64,000 nucleotides of DNA, taken from positions 517,663 through 581,662 of the forward strand of contig CP011210.1 of assembly GCA_001029675.1 (NCBI GenBank). The letters are read 5' to 3'. Within the stretch, counting starts at the first letter, position 1. Every line of letters starts with the position of its first letter. Shown piece by piece: positions 28,142 to 38,371 of the stretch. The stretch comes from Candidatus Beckwithbacteria bacterium GW2011_GWC1_49_16 (GTDB lineage: Bacteria > Patescibacteriota > Microgenomatia > UBA1400 > CG1-02-47-37). The translations under genes were made by a program, and so were the position numbers. The notes beneath the pieces are model-generated. The model did not search any database and was not told the origin of the DNA. It worked only from the letters and a program-made list of their open reading frames with translations.

Positions 28142-29555
28142 GATTTAAAGCTTTCAAAATTGGTTTGTGCCAGTGAAAAATGTCGCCGGCGCCGATGGTA
28201 AAAATGATATCACCAGTTTCTGCTTTATCAATAAGGGTCCTAATCGTTGACTTTTGACCAGGGCAGTAAAACGTCTGGGGGTGGTTTTTTAACACCTCTT
28301 GAGCCAGAATTTTTCCGGAGATGCCCAGGTCGTCCGTCTCTCTGGCCGAGGCAAAGATTTTGTTAATGATGACTAAATCCGCCAGTTGAAAACTCTTGGC
28401 AAAATCGGTAAGTAAGGCCTTGGTGCGGGAAAAAGTGTGTGACTGGAAGACGGCGATCAAACGCCGGCCGGGAAACCAATCTTTGGCGGAGCGTAAAAGA
28501 GCTTTGATTTCAGTCGGGTGGTGGGCGTAGTCGTCGTAGAGTAAGATATCTCTCTTGGCGCGGCCGATAAACTCGAAGCGGCGCTTGGTTCCGCTAAACT
28601 TTTTGACGCCGGCTTTTATGGCATTTAATTTGACACCCAGGTGGTGGGCGACGACGACTGCGGCGGCGGCGTTTAAAACGTTGTAGCGGCCGGGAAGGTT
28701 AAGCACAAAATCGGGCCAAACAGCCCCTTTGTGGGCGAGGGTAAAAAACTGCTTTTGGTCGGCTAAATGGACTTTGGTCACTTGCCAGTCGGCTTGAGGG
28801 GAAAAGCCGTAGGTGGCTTTGGGGCCGTCAATATCTTTAAGCCAGGCAGCCACTCTAGGGTTGTCGACGTTGGCCACAATCAAGCCGGCGGCAGGCACCG
28901 CTTTGACAAAAGTGGCAAAAGCGTCAAACATGTCAGACAAATGGGGGTAGACGTCGGGGTGGTCGTGTTCCAAATTGGTGATGACGGCAATAAAGGGATC
29001 AAGGTGGTGGAACCTGGGGGTTGGATCAGAGTTCGGGTCGGTGACGTACTCGTCGGCTTCGGCAACAAAGTAGGCGGAAGCTTGATTGAAACGCCCCGGA
29101 GCGCCCAGGGCGGGGATGTCGCCGACGCCGACGGCAAAACTAGGATCAAGCCCCCCCTCGGTCAAAACCGTGGCGATTAAAGCGGCGGTGGTGGATTTAC
29201 CGCCGACCCCGGCGGTGGCGATCAACTTTTTATCCTGGCAAAAAAGCTTGAGGGCCTCGGCGTGGCTTAAAGTGGGCCGGTTTTTTTGTTTGGCGGCAAC
29301 CACTTCGACGTTAGTCGCCCCCCCGTGGGCGCCGGTGTAGATCAACAGGTCGGTATTTTTGGGGACGTTTTTAGCCTTGAAACCGGTTTTGACCCGGATG
29401 CCTTTCTTTTTGAGAATTTTGTCGGTGGGGAAAGCTTCTTTGAGGTCGGAGCCGGATATTTTTATTTTCAGGTCTTTGGCGCACAGGGCCAAAGCGGTCA
29501 TGCCGACGCCCTTGATGCCGGTAAAGTGGATCTTTTTAAACCTGGTCAGCCTCAT
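28134..29555 (-). CDS. murC: UDP-MurNAc--L-alanine ligase
   Basis: GIKGVGM, GKSTT, EADEY, HDHPD, RRFE, DDYAHHPTE, FQSHTFSRT, GAG. Confidence 0.95.
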   Translation of the reverse strand: MRLTRFKKIHFTGIKGVGMTALALCAKDLKIKISGSDLKEAFPTDKILKKKGIRVKTGFKAKNVPKNTDLLIYTGAHGGATNVEVVAAKQKNRPTLSHAEALKLFCQDKKLIATAGVGGKSTTAALIATVLTEGGLDPSFAVGVGDIPALGAPGRFNQASAYFVAEADEYVTDPNSDPTPRFHHLDPFIAVITNLEHDHPDVYPHLSDMFDAFATFVKAVPAAGLIVANVDNPRVAAWLKDIDGPKATYGFSPQADWQVTKVHLADQKQFFTLAHKGAVWPDFVLNLPGRYNVLNAAAAVVVAHHLGVKLNAIKAGVKKFSGTKRRFEFIGRAKRDILLYDDYAHHPTEIKALLRSAKDWFPGRRLIAVFQSHTFSRTKALLTDFAKSFQLADLVIINKIFASARETDDLGISGKILAQEVLKNHPQTFYCPGQKSTIRTLIDKAETGDIIFTIGAGDIFHWHKPILKALNHA

Positions 29556-30751
29556 GAATTTACCAGATCCTGCTTGAGGTAGAGGGTTGTCCCGGCCGGG
29601 ATTGGCCGGGTTAAAACCACGCCTGAACCGACGACGGCATTTTGACCCAGAGTCACCCCGGGCATGACACTGGCGTTGACCCCGAGCTTGACGCCCTGGG
29701 CCAAAACCGCCCCCAGCTTGGTTTTGCCGGTATCGATGTCGCCGGTGGAAGTTTTCAGCTTGACGGCCTTGCCGTCAAAGCGGAAGTTGGCCAGACGCGA
29801 ACCAGAACCCAGGTTGACGCCGCCTTCGATGACCGAGTCGCCGACGTAGCTTGAATGAAAGAAGCTTTCGGGGCCGACGTAGCTGCGGGCGATTTCGGTT
29901 GAGTAGCCGACTACCGAACCGGCCTCGACGATCGAGTCGCGCACCAGGCAGTGGTTGCCGACGACGACGTTTTCCCCGATGTAGCTGCCTTTGACCACGG
30001 CGCCCTCCATGATTTTGGCCGAAGGCTCAATGGCGGATTTTTGGTCCAGGCGGTAGGTCAAAAAGGCGGCCACGGCGTCCAAGATCTGATGGGGGTGTTT
30101 TAGCTGGACAAAGTAGCCGGCGGCTTCAACCAAGTTGGCGGGCTGTTTTTCTACCAACTTACCCAGAGCGGTCTCATAGAGATTGTCTTTGGCAGAGGTG
30201 GTATTCTTGAGAACGTTTACCAGGTCAGCAATGTCGGGAAAATAGTCCAAAACCAGCTTGAAATAGTCGCTGGGCTCATCGCCGGGCCTGGGTTTTTCTA
30301 CTAAGCCGGTGACGGCGTCACCCTTTAGCTTAAAAAAGCCGCCGGATAGCTTGGCGCCTTTGAGCCCGGTAAGAACCGGGGCTTGGGGTTTTGACGAAAC
30401 GGCGGCAGTAAACCGGGAAATGATTTGAGGGTCAACCAGGTCGTCGGCGTTGACGACAATGGCCGGTCCGGATTTTATCTTTGCCGCCGCAGCCAAAACG
30501 GCGTCGGCCATGCCGGTGGCTTTTTCCTGGATGGCGGTTTCGACCTGGCCGCCGAGTACTTTTTTGACGGCCGTTTGGTTCCGGGGGCTAACGACAACAA
30601 CTGCCTGGGTGATGCCGGCTTTCTTTAAGTCCTCGACGATAAAATCAATCAGGGGTCGACCCAAAAACGGCAGCAAGGGTTTGGAAAGTGTCAGGGGGGT
30701 AAAACGCTTGCCCTCTCCGGCGGCTAAAATTATGGCGGTGGGTTTAGTCAT
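29552..30751 (-). CDS. glmU: Bifunctional sugar-1-phosphate nucleotidyltransferase/acetyltransferase (archaeal GlmU-like)
   Basis: ILAAGEGKRF.P...KPL, EKP and C-terminal hexapeptide repeats; lies within the mur cluster. Confidence 0.75.
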   Translation of the reverse strand: MTKPTAIILAAGEGKRFTPLTLSKPLLPFLGRPLIDFIVEDLKKAGITQAVVVVSPRNQTAVKKVLGGQVETAIQEKATGMADAVLAAAAKIKSGPAIVVNADDLVDPQIISRFTAAVSSKPQAPVLTGLKGAKLSGGFFKLKGDAVTGLVEKPRPGDEPSDYFKLVLDYFPDIADLVNVLKNTTSAKDNLYETALGKLVEKQPANLVEAAGYFVQLKHPHQILDAVAAFLTYRLDQKSAIEPSAKIMEGAVVKGSYIGENVVVGNHCLVRDSIVEAGSVVGYSTEIARSYVGPESFFHSSYVGDSVIEGGVNLGSGSRLANFRFDGKAVKLKTSTGDIDTGKTKLGAVLAQGVKLGVNASVMPGVTLGQNAVVGSGVVLTRPIPAGTTLYLKQDLVNS

Positions 30752-31980
30752 GGTTGTCTTTTTTTAAGGGCTTTTTTGACGGCGGCAAACTCATCCCAAG
30801 CATACTCTATTGTACCAAAACACATCGACTTTTCGTGGGACTTGCCAAACAGGCCGACCCAATCCCCCGGCTTAGCGATGTGAACCGCTAAATTTATCGC
30901 TGCCTGCCGGTCGGGCTGGCGGATAAAAACATGGGCGGCTTTTTTGGGGTAGCCGGCCTTGAGGCTGACTTCTTTGGCGCCGGCGGCAAGAGCGCCTTGG
31001 GCGATAGCGGTGATGATAGTGTTGACGTCCTCGGTCCGGGGGTCTTCGGCGGTCAGGATAGTCACATCAGCTAATTTGGCGGCAATCTCACCCATCTGGG
31101 GACGTTTGAGGCGGTCTCTTAGGCCGGCGCAGCCGAATACGGCGATGGTCCTGCCAGACCCGCCTTTGAGTGCCTTGATGGCTTGGAGAGCTCGTTCAAG
31201 AGCGTCAGGTTTGTGGGCAAAGTCAACTACCACGGTAAAGTCTTTTTGGTAAACCAGCTCCATCCTGCCGGGGATGCCCGGAAAAGATTTCAAGGCCTGG
31301 TTGACCGCGGCGGCTTTAACTCCCAGGTCCTGGGCCACGGCGGCGGCGGCGGCGATATTTTCCTGGTTAAAGTCGCCCAAAAGATTGGCGGCGGCAAGTT
31401 TGGTTTGAGGTTTGAAGCTTAAAACTTGGCCGCGGGCGATCTTTTTGGCGGCGGCATACGACTGGTCGGCCGAGTTTAACACCGCTACTTTGGCGGCTTT
31501 GACCAGTTTCAACTTGGCAGCGTGGTAGGAAGTGATCGTCTGATGATAATCCAGGTGTTCGTGGCGCAGGTTGATAATTAGCCCGTAGGCAAAATTTATT
31601 CCCCAGGTACGGTGCTGGTCCAGACCGTGGGAAGTGACCTCCAAGACCACGTGGGTCAAACCCTGATCGGCGATTTTTTTAAGCAGCTTTTGCAACAACC
31701 ACGGTTCGGGGTTGGTGACGTGAAGACCGATATCCACCCTCTTATCCCCGATCTTGGCGGCGACTGAAGAAACTAAAGCCACTTTGAAGCCGGCGGTTTT
31801 CAAGAGGTGATAAATAAGGTGCGTCGTGGTGGTTTTGCCCGAAGTGCCGGTAATACCAATAACGGTCAGTTTCCTTGAGGGAAAACCATAGACAACGTTA
31901 GCCAAAACGGCCTGGGGCAAGTGCCAGACGAGATTGATAAATTTTTGGGGAATAAGTTGGCGTAGGAAACTAAAACCCAT
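30748..31980 (-). CDS. murE: MurE ligase
   Basis: GITGTSGKTTT, EVTSHGL, EHLDYH, GRME, VDFAH.PD, GCAG.RD..KR..MG, EDPR. Confidence 0.92.
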   Translation of the reverse strand: MGFSFLRQLIPQKFINLVWHLPQAVLANVVYGFPSRKLTVIGITGTSGKTTTTHLIYHLLKTAGFKVALVSSVAAKIGDKRVDIGLHVTNPEPWLLQKLLKKIADQGLTHVVLEVTSHGLDQHRTWGINFAYGLIINLRHEHLDYHQTITSYHAAKLKLVKAAKVAVLNSADQSYAAAKKIARGQVLSFKPQTKLAAANLLGDFNQENIAAAAAVAQDLGVKAAAVNQALKSFPGIPGRMELVYQKDFTVVVDFAHKPDALERALQAIKALKGGSGRTIAVFGCAGLRDRLKRPQMGEIAAKLADVTILTAEDPRTEDVNTIITAIAQGALAAGAKEVSLKAGYPKKAAHVFIRQPDRQAAINLAVHIAKPGDWVGLFGKSHEKSMCFGTIEYAWDEFAAVKKALKKRQP

Positions 31981-32012
31981 GAGGGTATTTTACTATGAAG
32001 CTCCAAGCCGTG

Positions 32013-34928
32013 TCAGGATTTGGCCTTAGCCCACCTGTCCCGATAGATAAAGTAAAGCAGGCCGGCCGCTAAAAGAACGATCACAGTCATAACCGCCGGG
32101 GAGAAAAAGGGGTTTTGGGGTTTGACGGCTACGGTGATGTTGAACTCTTTCACTTCCCCCTCAAGGTCAATTTTCTCTTCACCCTTGAAGTTTTGGTAGG
32201 CGATTTCCACCCGATGCTCGCCCGGTTCAACCCCGGTGAAGGTAGCAATGCCGTCTTGGTTGGTTTGACTTTGTTTTGGCTCGGAGTAAAGGGTAACTTG
32301 AGCGCCAGCGACCGGATTTTTATCGCTATCCACCACCTTGATATTGACATTGTAGCCTGCCTCTTTTACTGCTTGCTTTTCTTCTTCGGTTTCGGCCGGT
32401 ACGGCTTCTTCATCAATGATTTGAGTTTTCATTTGGTTTGGAGCAAAAATTCCCCCTACCGCCTGGTTGACTGAGAGATAAAATGAAGTGGTCGAGCTGT
32501 TGTTGCCTTTGTCGTAGGCGGTTAACTCTGCCTGGTAGTAGCCTGTAGGCAAACTTTGGTCGAGGCCAAAATCAAAGCGGGTTGACTTAAGATTTTCTGA
32601 ATCGGTAAAGCCGGTCAACTTAAGCTCCTTTTCCAAATAATCGACAAAGTTTCCGGAAGCGTCTTGGAGCTTGAGTTTGAAGATTAACTGGTCCGGCCCG
32701 GAGGCGACTTTATCAAAAGTATCGGTGGTGCCGTCTGAATTGGTGACGCTTGAACCTCGGTAGGCATCGACCAAGTTGCCGCTTAAAGTTAGATTGTGAC
32801 TGCTAAGAACGACTTTCTGACCCGAAGCGTTAACTAGAGTGCCATTAACCGCTAGTTCTGCCAAACTCGGCGCAGTAAGATCGACCAAGACATCCGCGGC
32901 TTTAGTACGAGTGTCGGAGCTGACACCAGTGGCGGTCACCTGCCAAGAATGTTTACCTTCTGATAAAGCTTTTTGGTTTAGGCCTTTGAAAAAGACTTTA
33001 AACTGGTCGCTTAATTCCTCCGCTAAGTTGACGATGTCGACTTTAACGCTGGTGTCGTCCCGAAAAGTATAGTTGGTAGCCGAAGTGCCAGCGGCAGGCA
33101 AACCGCCGACCGAGTAGCGCTGATGTTTATCAGGGTCTAATGCTACCGAATAGGAAGAAATGGCTGATGAATCAGCCGAGGCTTTAAAGCTCAACGTCGG
33201 CTTAGTATCGTTGGTAAAGCCGGAAGGCGAGATTGGCTCAAAGATGGCAGCCACGGTAAAGCCATCGGAAGCGTAAAGACTGGCAGCGGCGTAGGCGTCG
33301 CCAGAGTCAAAACTCCTGACATAAATGGTGTGGGCGCCGGCCGAAAGGCTACTTAAGTCGCAACTAAAGCCCTCGGGTGAACCGTCGAAGCTGCCGTCGG
33401 TAGCCGAGCAAGAATTCCAAGTACCGGTGGTGGTGCTTGACGTGCTCCACTGGACGCCGGAAACAGCCACCCCGTCGGAAACCGTGCCGGTGAGTTGGGG
33501 AGTGGTGTCTTCGGTGATAGTAGTGTCAATAAGAGTAATGGCCGGCGAGCCGTGGGTAATCTCAAAAGCGTAAACTTGACCGGCAACCCCGGTGCCATTG
33601 CCGCCATAGATCGAGCTGACAAAAACTTCCTGCCAGCCGTCGTTGTCCATATCGCCAAACCAAACCACGTGGCCCAAGTTTTGGTTGGTAGTAGGGGTGG
33701 CTAAATCTGCCGAAGTAAAAGTCAAATCAGCAGTGGTATCAATAGTGGTACCGTCACTTAAAAAAATGTGAAATTGGCCCTCGTCGGAGCCGTCGATTTG
33801 ATAGGCTCCAACTATCAAATCTGTGTTGCCGTCGGAGTTGACGTCGTGCATCGCTAATTCCCGACCAAAGTTATCGTTGGCAGCGGCGCCGGAAAAAATA
33901 ATGTCAGCGTCGGTGGCATCATAAGTGGCACTCAAAGAACTCGAGCCCAAGAAGCAGTAGACCCGGCCGGCATTGGTGGCCGAAGTGTCGTTTAGGTAGG
34001 CGCCCAGGCAAAAGTCGGCTTTACCGTCCTGGTTGATGTCGCCGGTCTCGCCCGACGACCGGGTAAAGTTTTCGGTGGTGGTCTCGCCGGTGATGGTGAT
34101 GTCAACATCTCCGTTCATGGAGGAGCCGCCGTAGAAAATGTGAATCGTAGCTTGATCGCTGTAGTCTTCCCCAACCAAAATATCGTCGGCGCCGTCGCCG
34201 TTAACGTCTCCGGATACAAGTAGATCCTGGCCAAGCTTGTCAGAACCGGCCACAGCCAAAGTGACATCGGCAGTGGTGTCAAAGGTTTGGTCGCCGTCGC
34301 CGTAGAAAACCCTGACGTCGCCGGCGCTACTACTGGCTCCTTGAGCCGCAAAGGCAATATCCTGGTTGCCATCGGCGTTAAAATCGCCGGTGGTGATCGT
34401 GGAGCCAAATAAGTCGTTGGCGGTGGTGTTAGTAATGGTAATATCGGCTTCTGTGGCTGCGTCAATGGAGCTAGCTAACGAACTGGAACCAAAAATGATG
34501 TAAACCTCTCCGGCGTTTAAGGCGCCATCATCGTTAGAGGCGCTGCCAATAATCAAGTCGTCAGCTCCGTCGCCATCGATGTCAGTGGCCTTGTAGTTGT
34601 TGACTTGAATCAAATTGTCGCCCATGCTACCGGTGCCAGAATTGGTGATAGTAAGATCAACGGTGTCGTCAAAAGTAGCGCCCCCATAAAAAATATATAT
34701 TTTCCCCTTACCCGAAGCTGCTTGAGGGGCAGTAGCGATTAAATCTTGGTAGCCGTCACCGTTTAAGTCGGCGGCCATGACGTTATTGCTGCCAAAATAG
34801 GAATTATTGACCGTGTCGCTAGTGGTAACCACGCCTAACTCGGTCATGCCTAGGGCTAAAGCTGTTTGAGGCAAAAGTAAAAATAACAAACTGAAAATCA
34901 ACCAATAGAAAAACTTGTTCGAAATCAT
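32013..34928 (-). CDS. Large membrane-anchored surface protein with FG-GAP (integrin-alpha-like) repeats
   Basis: Signal peptide ending ALA, repeated D.NGDG..D....A and G.VY...G motifs, Ig-like domains, C-terminal TM. Confidence 0.85.
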   Translation of the reverse strand: MISNKFFYWLIFSLLFLLLPQTALALGMTELGVVTTSDTVNNSYFGSNNVMAADLNGDGYQDLIATAPQAASGKGKIYIFYGGATFDDTVDLTITNSGTGSMGDNLIQVNNYKATDIDGDGADDLIIGSASNDDGALNAGEVYIIFGSSSLASSIDAATEADITITNTTANDLFGSTITTGDFNADGNQDIAFAAQGASSSAGDVRVFYGDGDQTFDTTADVTLAVAGSDKLGQDLLVSGDVNGDGADDILVGEDYSDQATIHIFYGGSSMNGDVDITITGETTTENFTRSSGETGDINQDGKADFCLGAYLNDTSATNAGRVYCFLGSSSLSATYDATDADIIFSGAAANDNFGRELAMHDVNSDGNTDLIVGAYQIDGSDEGQFHIFLSDGTTIDTTADLTFTSADLATPTTNQNLGHVVWFGDMDNDGWQEVFVSSIYGGNGTGVAGQVYAFEITHGSPAITLIDTTITEDTTPQLTGTVSDGVAVSGVQWSTSSTTTGTWNSCSATDGSFDGSPEGFSCDLSSLSAGAHTIYVRSFDSGDAYAAASLYASDGFTVAAIFEPISPSGFTNDTKPTLSFKASADSSAISSYSVALDPDKHQRYSVGGLPAAGTSATNYTFRDDTSVKVDIVNLAEELSDQFKVFFKGLNQKALSEGKHSWQVTATGVSSDTRTKAADVLVDLTAPSLAELAVNGTLVNASGQKVVLSSHNLTLSGNLVDAYRGSSVTNSDGTTDTFDKVASGPDQLIFKLKLQDASGNFVDYLEKELKLTGFTDSENLKSTRFDFGLDQSLPTGYYQAELTAYDKGNNSSTTSFYLSVNQAVGGIFAPNQMKTQIIDEEAVPAETEEEKQAVKEAGYNVNIKVVDSDKNPVAGAQVTLYSEPKQSQTNQDGIATFTGVEPGEHRVEIAYQNFKGEEKIDLEGEVKEFNITVAVKPQNPFFSPAVMTVIVLLAAGLLYFIYRDRWAKAKS

Positions 34929-37900
34929 GTCTTTTTTAGTTTAAGCAACTTTTTCAGCCTTTTCAAGTTGAATCCGATAATTAACGTCAAACCAGTCACT
35001 CCCAAGACTCGCCAATCGGCAAATGGGTTTTGCGGTTTGATTTTGATGGTCAGTTCAAACTTTTTCACTTGGTCGCCAGTCAAGTCAACTTTTTCCTCCC
35101 CGATTTTATCTTGGTAGGAAATTTTGATGGTGTGACTACCCGGTTCAAGACCGATAAAGCTGGCCGTACCGTTATTATCAGTGACGGCGGTTTTGGGGTC
35201 GGAAAAAACCGTCACCACCGCTCCTTCGACGGGTTGGTTTTGGCTGTCAACCACAATGATATTCAAGTCGTAACCTTGTTGCTTTGAACTAAAATCAGCC
35301 GGGGTGGTTTTTTCGCCCACGATCTCGGTTTGAAGTTGGCTGATAACGGTATTGACCCCGCCCAAACCTGAGCTAAAAGTGGTGGCGGAAACTATGTTGC
35401 TGGTGGGGCTACCAGCACATTCGTTGAAGGCTCTTAAAACAAAGTAGTAGCGCCTACCTGGCTCAAGAGATGAAACGGTAAACGAGGTAGATTGAGCGTC
35501 ACCTATCTGGCCGGCAGAATAAGAATAATTATCAAGCTCGGCGCCGTACTCTAAAAGGTAGTGACTGATGGTGCCGGTGCCAGGAGTAAAATTGAGGCTG
35601 ACTGATGAGGCGGAATCGGCGGTGGCTGAAGTCAGGGTCGGAGCCGACGGCGCGCCTGCAGAGCAGGCCCTAGAGACGGTTTTGGTGAGGTTGTCGATGG
35701 TAAAGGTAGCCGAGGCGTAGTTGGCTTGAGCGGTGTAAGACTGGTTGACGTCACCGACTTTGATATAAACTGTGTGAGCCCCGTCGGAAAGATTAGTAAC
35801 GTTACAAGAAAAGTTTTCGGACTTAGAGTTGAAACTGCCATCATCGGCACTACAGGCAACCCAGCCTCCGGAAGCCGAGTTACTATCCAACTGGTAGCTG
35901 ACGCTATTGATATTGGTAATCGAATTGCCGGCGGAAATAGAACCTTTTAAAGTCAAGGAGTTGCCGGAAAACGACGTCGGCACAGAACTTAGGCTGGTGG
36001 TATGGGGGAAGTTGTAAATTACATAAGCCGAACCAGAATCGGTCCGGGAATTATAGTCAGCACCATAGGCGCCGACCAAAAGGTCTAAAGAGCCATCACC
36101 GTTCATGTCCTCTAGTCCCAGGCTGTTGAAAGAAAAAATGTCAATGGCGTTGGCGCCGTCGTAGCGCAGGTTATAATTGTTGGGGTCTGACAAAGAAACG
36201 ACATTGGCGGTGCCGGTGTAGTCGTTAAAAAGATCGTTATAGATAATGTAAAACGACCCGGACCGATCGATGCTGTTGTTGCTCGATCTTCTGGCCGGAA
36301 AAATAAAGTCTAATAAACCATCGTTGTTGAAGTCTAAAACATGAAATTCCGATTCAACCAGAAAAGTACCGTCTTCTGTAGAAGCGGGTCCGTCGTAGCG
36401 AATGTTGTAGTTAGTCGAGGTAGCCATATCAATGATGTTGCCGGTACCGGTGTAGTCGTCGATTAAAGAATCATAAACAATATAGAGTGAGCCAGATCCC
36501 CATGAGGTATAATTGCCAGCCGAAGTGGCGGAAATTAACAAGTCGTTTTTGCCGTTGTTGTCGACGTCGACCACCAGGTCGTTTTCGTGGGAAAACAAAG
36601 CATCACTCTCGGCACCATCGTAACGGAGGTTAAAGTTATCCGTGTCGGATAAATCGACAGTGTTGCCGGTGCCGGAGTAGTCGTCAATCAAGCTGTTATA
36701 AATCACATACAAAACGCCGTTGTTGCTCCGACTCTGGGTGTCGGCCAGGTAAGCGCCGATAACCAAGTCCTTTTTACCGTCGTTGTCGACGTCGCCTACC
36801 TCCAGGCCGATATTAGATAATTTGTCGCTGGCGGCAGCGCCGTCGTAACGAATATTAAAGTTATCCGTGTCAGCCAAATCGACGATGTTGCCGGTGCCGG
36901 TGAGCGAGGAGTTAAAAATGCTATTGTAAATAACATACAAAGATCCCGAATCGGAGCGGGAGTTATAGTCTGTTAGCCCAGAACCGACGATAAGATCCAA
37001 GAGGTTGTCGTTGTCAAGATCCTTGGCTAGAAAAGCCCCGTGAGATAAGCCGTTACCACTGGTAGCCCCGTCAAAACGAAAAGTAAAGTTGGCAGTGTCA
37101 GATAAATCGACAGTGTTACCGGTGCCGGTGTATTTGGTAATCAGTGAATTGTCAAAATAGTAAAAAGCCCCAGAATCGGTGCCGTTGGTGCCGTCAAAGG
37201 CTACAGAACCTACCAGTAGATCCATATCACCGTCTTGGTCGAGGTCAACTGGCAACACCGATCTGGCCCCCAACTGATCGTCACCGTCGACGCCGTCGAA
37301 ACGGATGCTGTAGCTTGATGACTCGTTAAGGTCAAAGGTATTACCGGTGCCAGAGTAAGTGGCCAAAAGCGAACCATAAATAATATAAAAAGCGCTGTAG
37401 CTACCCGTCGCGTCAGAAGCGACCACAATCAAATCCTTGAGGCCGTCGCCGTCGAAGTCGGCGGCCTTGACGTCGCCCCAGCCGGTGTAGCTTAAGGCGT
37501 TGGCGCCGTCAAAGCGCAAGTTAAAGTCGGTGGTGTTGCCCATGTCGTAAGTTTTACTGGGAGAGGTGGTGACCGAGACGTCGTAATTAATCGTCAGGCG
37601 AGGTCTTTTGGGGGCGATCAAGTTTCCCGGAGTGTAATCGGCGGCATAAAAGTCCATACAGTTACCGTTGGATTCGGTTTCGGCTTTGACCAAAAAGCCG
37701 TAGTTGGTGGCCGAATTATCCAGCCACCCCTGAACTATCGCCACCCCCGAAGCGTTTAAGCTAAGGGTGATGTAGCCAGCCGAGCCGTCGGTGACCGATC
37801 CGCTAGCCAACAAGGTTGAGTTGTAGTCTGTATCGGCAGTAGACAGACCGGCCGACCCGGCCCAGTTGGTGGTGTTGTGGGCTAATTGATCCCAAGTAGG

Positions 37901-38317
37901 ATCACCGTCGGCGGCAGCAGCGCCGGCTTTGGAGCCTTCGGTGTAGCCGTCGTTTCCTGAAGCGACAGCATAAAGCTGCTGGGTGTGGTTGGCAGTGGTG
38001 TCGGCATGGTTGGTGTTGTAAAGCGACAAAGTTACTGAGTTAACCGTGGCCCCTGAAGGAATGGCGCTGGTTAAGTCAAAGTTTAATATACTCCTGTAGG
38101 TCACCGACGAGCAGACGCCGGATCTGATTTGAGTAGAAGCGCCGTAGTTTAGGCCGGAGTTGGCGCCACTAGCCACCGCAAAATCGACGACATAATCGGA
38201 GTTGGGCTTTAAAATGGCATTGACCGTGGCAGCTTGGGCAGAACCGGGAAAGTTTAGGATCAGCCAAAATCCGACTACTAACCAAACTGCCGGCTTGAGG
38301 ATTTTTGATAAAATCAT
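34925..38317 (-). CDS. Large surface protein: DNRLRE-like domain, FG-GAP repeats, Ig-like, FN3, C-terminal TM
   Basis: Signal peptide ending AQA, QGWL...NYG...RPRLTI.Y, D.DNDG..DL..GA repeats, FN3 (LEPG..Y.F...A.N). SD AGGAG upstream. Confidence 0.85.
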   Translation of the reverse strand: MILSKILKPAVWLVVGFWLILNFPGSAQAATVNAILKPNSDYVVDFAVASGANSGLNYGASTQIRSGVCSSVTYRSILNFDLTSAIPSGATVNSVTLSLYNTNHADTTANHTQQLYAVASGNDGYTEGSKAGAAAADGDPTWDQLAHNTTNWAGSAGLSTADTDYNSTLLASGSVTDGSAGYITLSLNASGVAIVQGWLDNSATNYGFLVKAETESNGNCMDFYAADYTPGNLIAPKRPRLTINYDVSVTTSPSKTYDMGNTTDFNLRFDGANALSYTGWGDVKAADFDGDGLKDLIVVASDATGSYSAFYIIYGSLLATYSGTGNTFDLNESSSYSIRFDGVDGDDQLGARSVLPVDLDQDGDMDLLVGSVAFDGTNGTDSGAFYYFDNSLITKYTGTGNTVDLSDTANFTFRFDGATSGNGLSHGAFLAKDLDNDNLLDLIVGSGLTDYNSRSDSGSLYVIYNSIFNSSLTGTGNIVDLADTDNFNIRYDGAAASDKLSNIGLEVGDVDNDGKKDLVIGAYLADTQSRSNNGVLYVIYNSLIDDYSGTGNTVDLSDTDNFNLRYDGAESDALFSHENDLVVDVDNNGKNDLLISATSAGNYTSWGSGSLYIVYDSLIDDYTGTGNIIDMATSTNYNIRYDGPASTEDGTFLVESEFHVLDFNNDGLLDFIFPARRSSNNSIDRSGSFYIIYNDLFNDYTGTANVVSLSDPNNYNLRYDGANAIDIFSFNSLGLEDMNGDGSLDLLVGAYGADYNSRTDSGSAYVIYNFPHTTSLSSVPTSFSGNSLTLKGSISAGNSITNINSVSYQLDSNSASGGWVACSADDGSFNSKSENFSCNVTNLSDGAHTVYIKVGDVNQSYTAQANYASATFTIDNLTKTVSRACSAGAPSAPTLTSATADSASSVSLNFTPGTGTISHYLLEYGAELDNYSYSAGQIGDAQSTSFTVSSLEPGRRYYFVLRAFNECAGSPTSNIVSATTFSSGLGGVNTVISQLQTEIVGEKTTPADFSSKQQGYDLNIIVVDSQNQPVEGAVVTVFSDPKTAVTDNNGTASFIGLEPGSHTIKISYQDKIGEEKVDLTGDQVKKFELTIKIKPQNPFADWRVLGVTGLTLIIGFNLKRLKKLLKLKKT
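36140..37540 (-). repeat. Intragenic ~225-bp degenerate repeats (FG-GAP blades with Y.GTGN.VDL.D..NF..R.DGA)
   Basis: Similar DNA blocks start near 36632, 36857 and 37085, with weaker copies either side. Confidence 0.75.
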
Positions 38318-38371
38318 ACCGGTTGTCTCCTATTGTCATAGTACACGAAGGCTTGCTAAAGCAAAAGAGTT

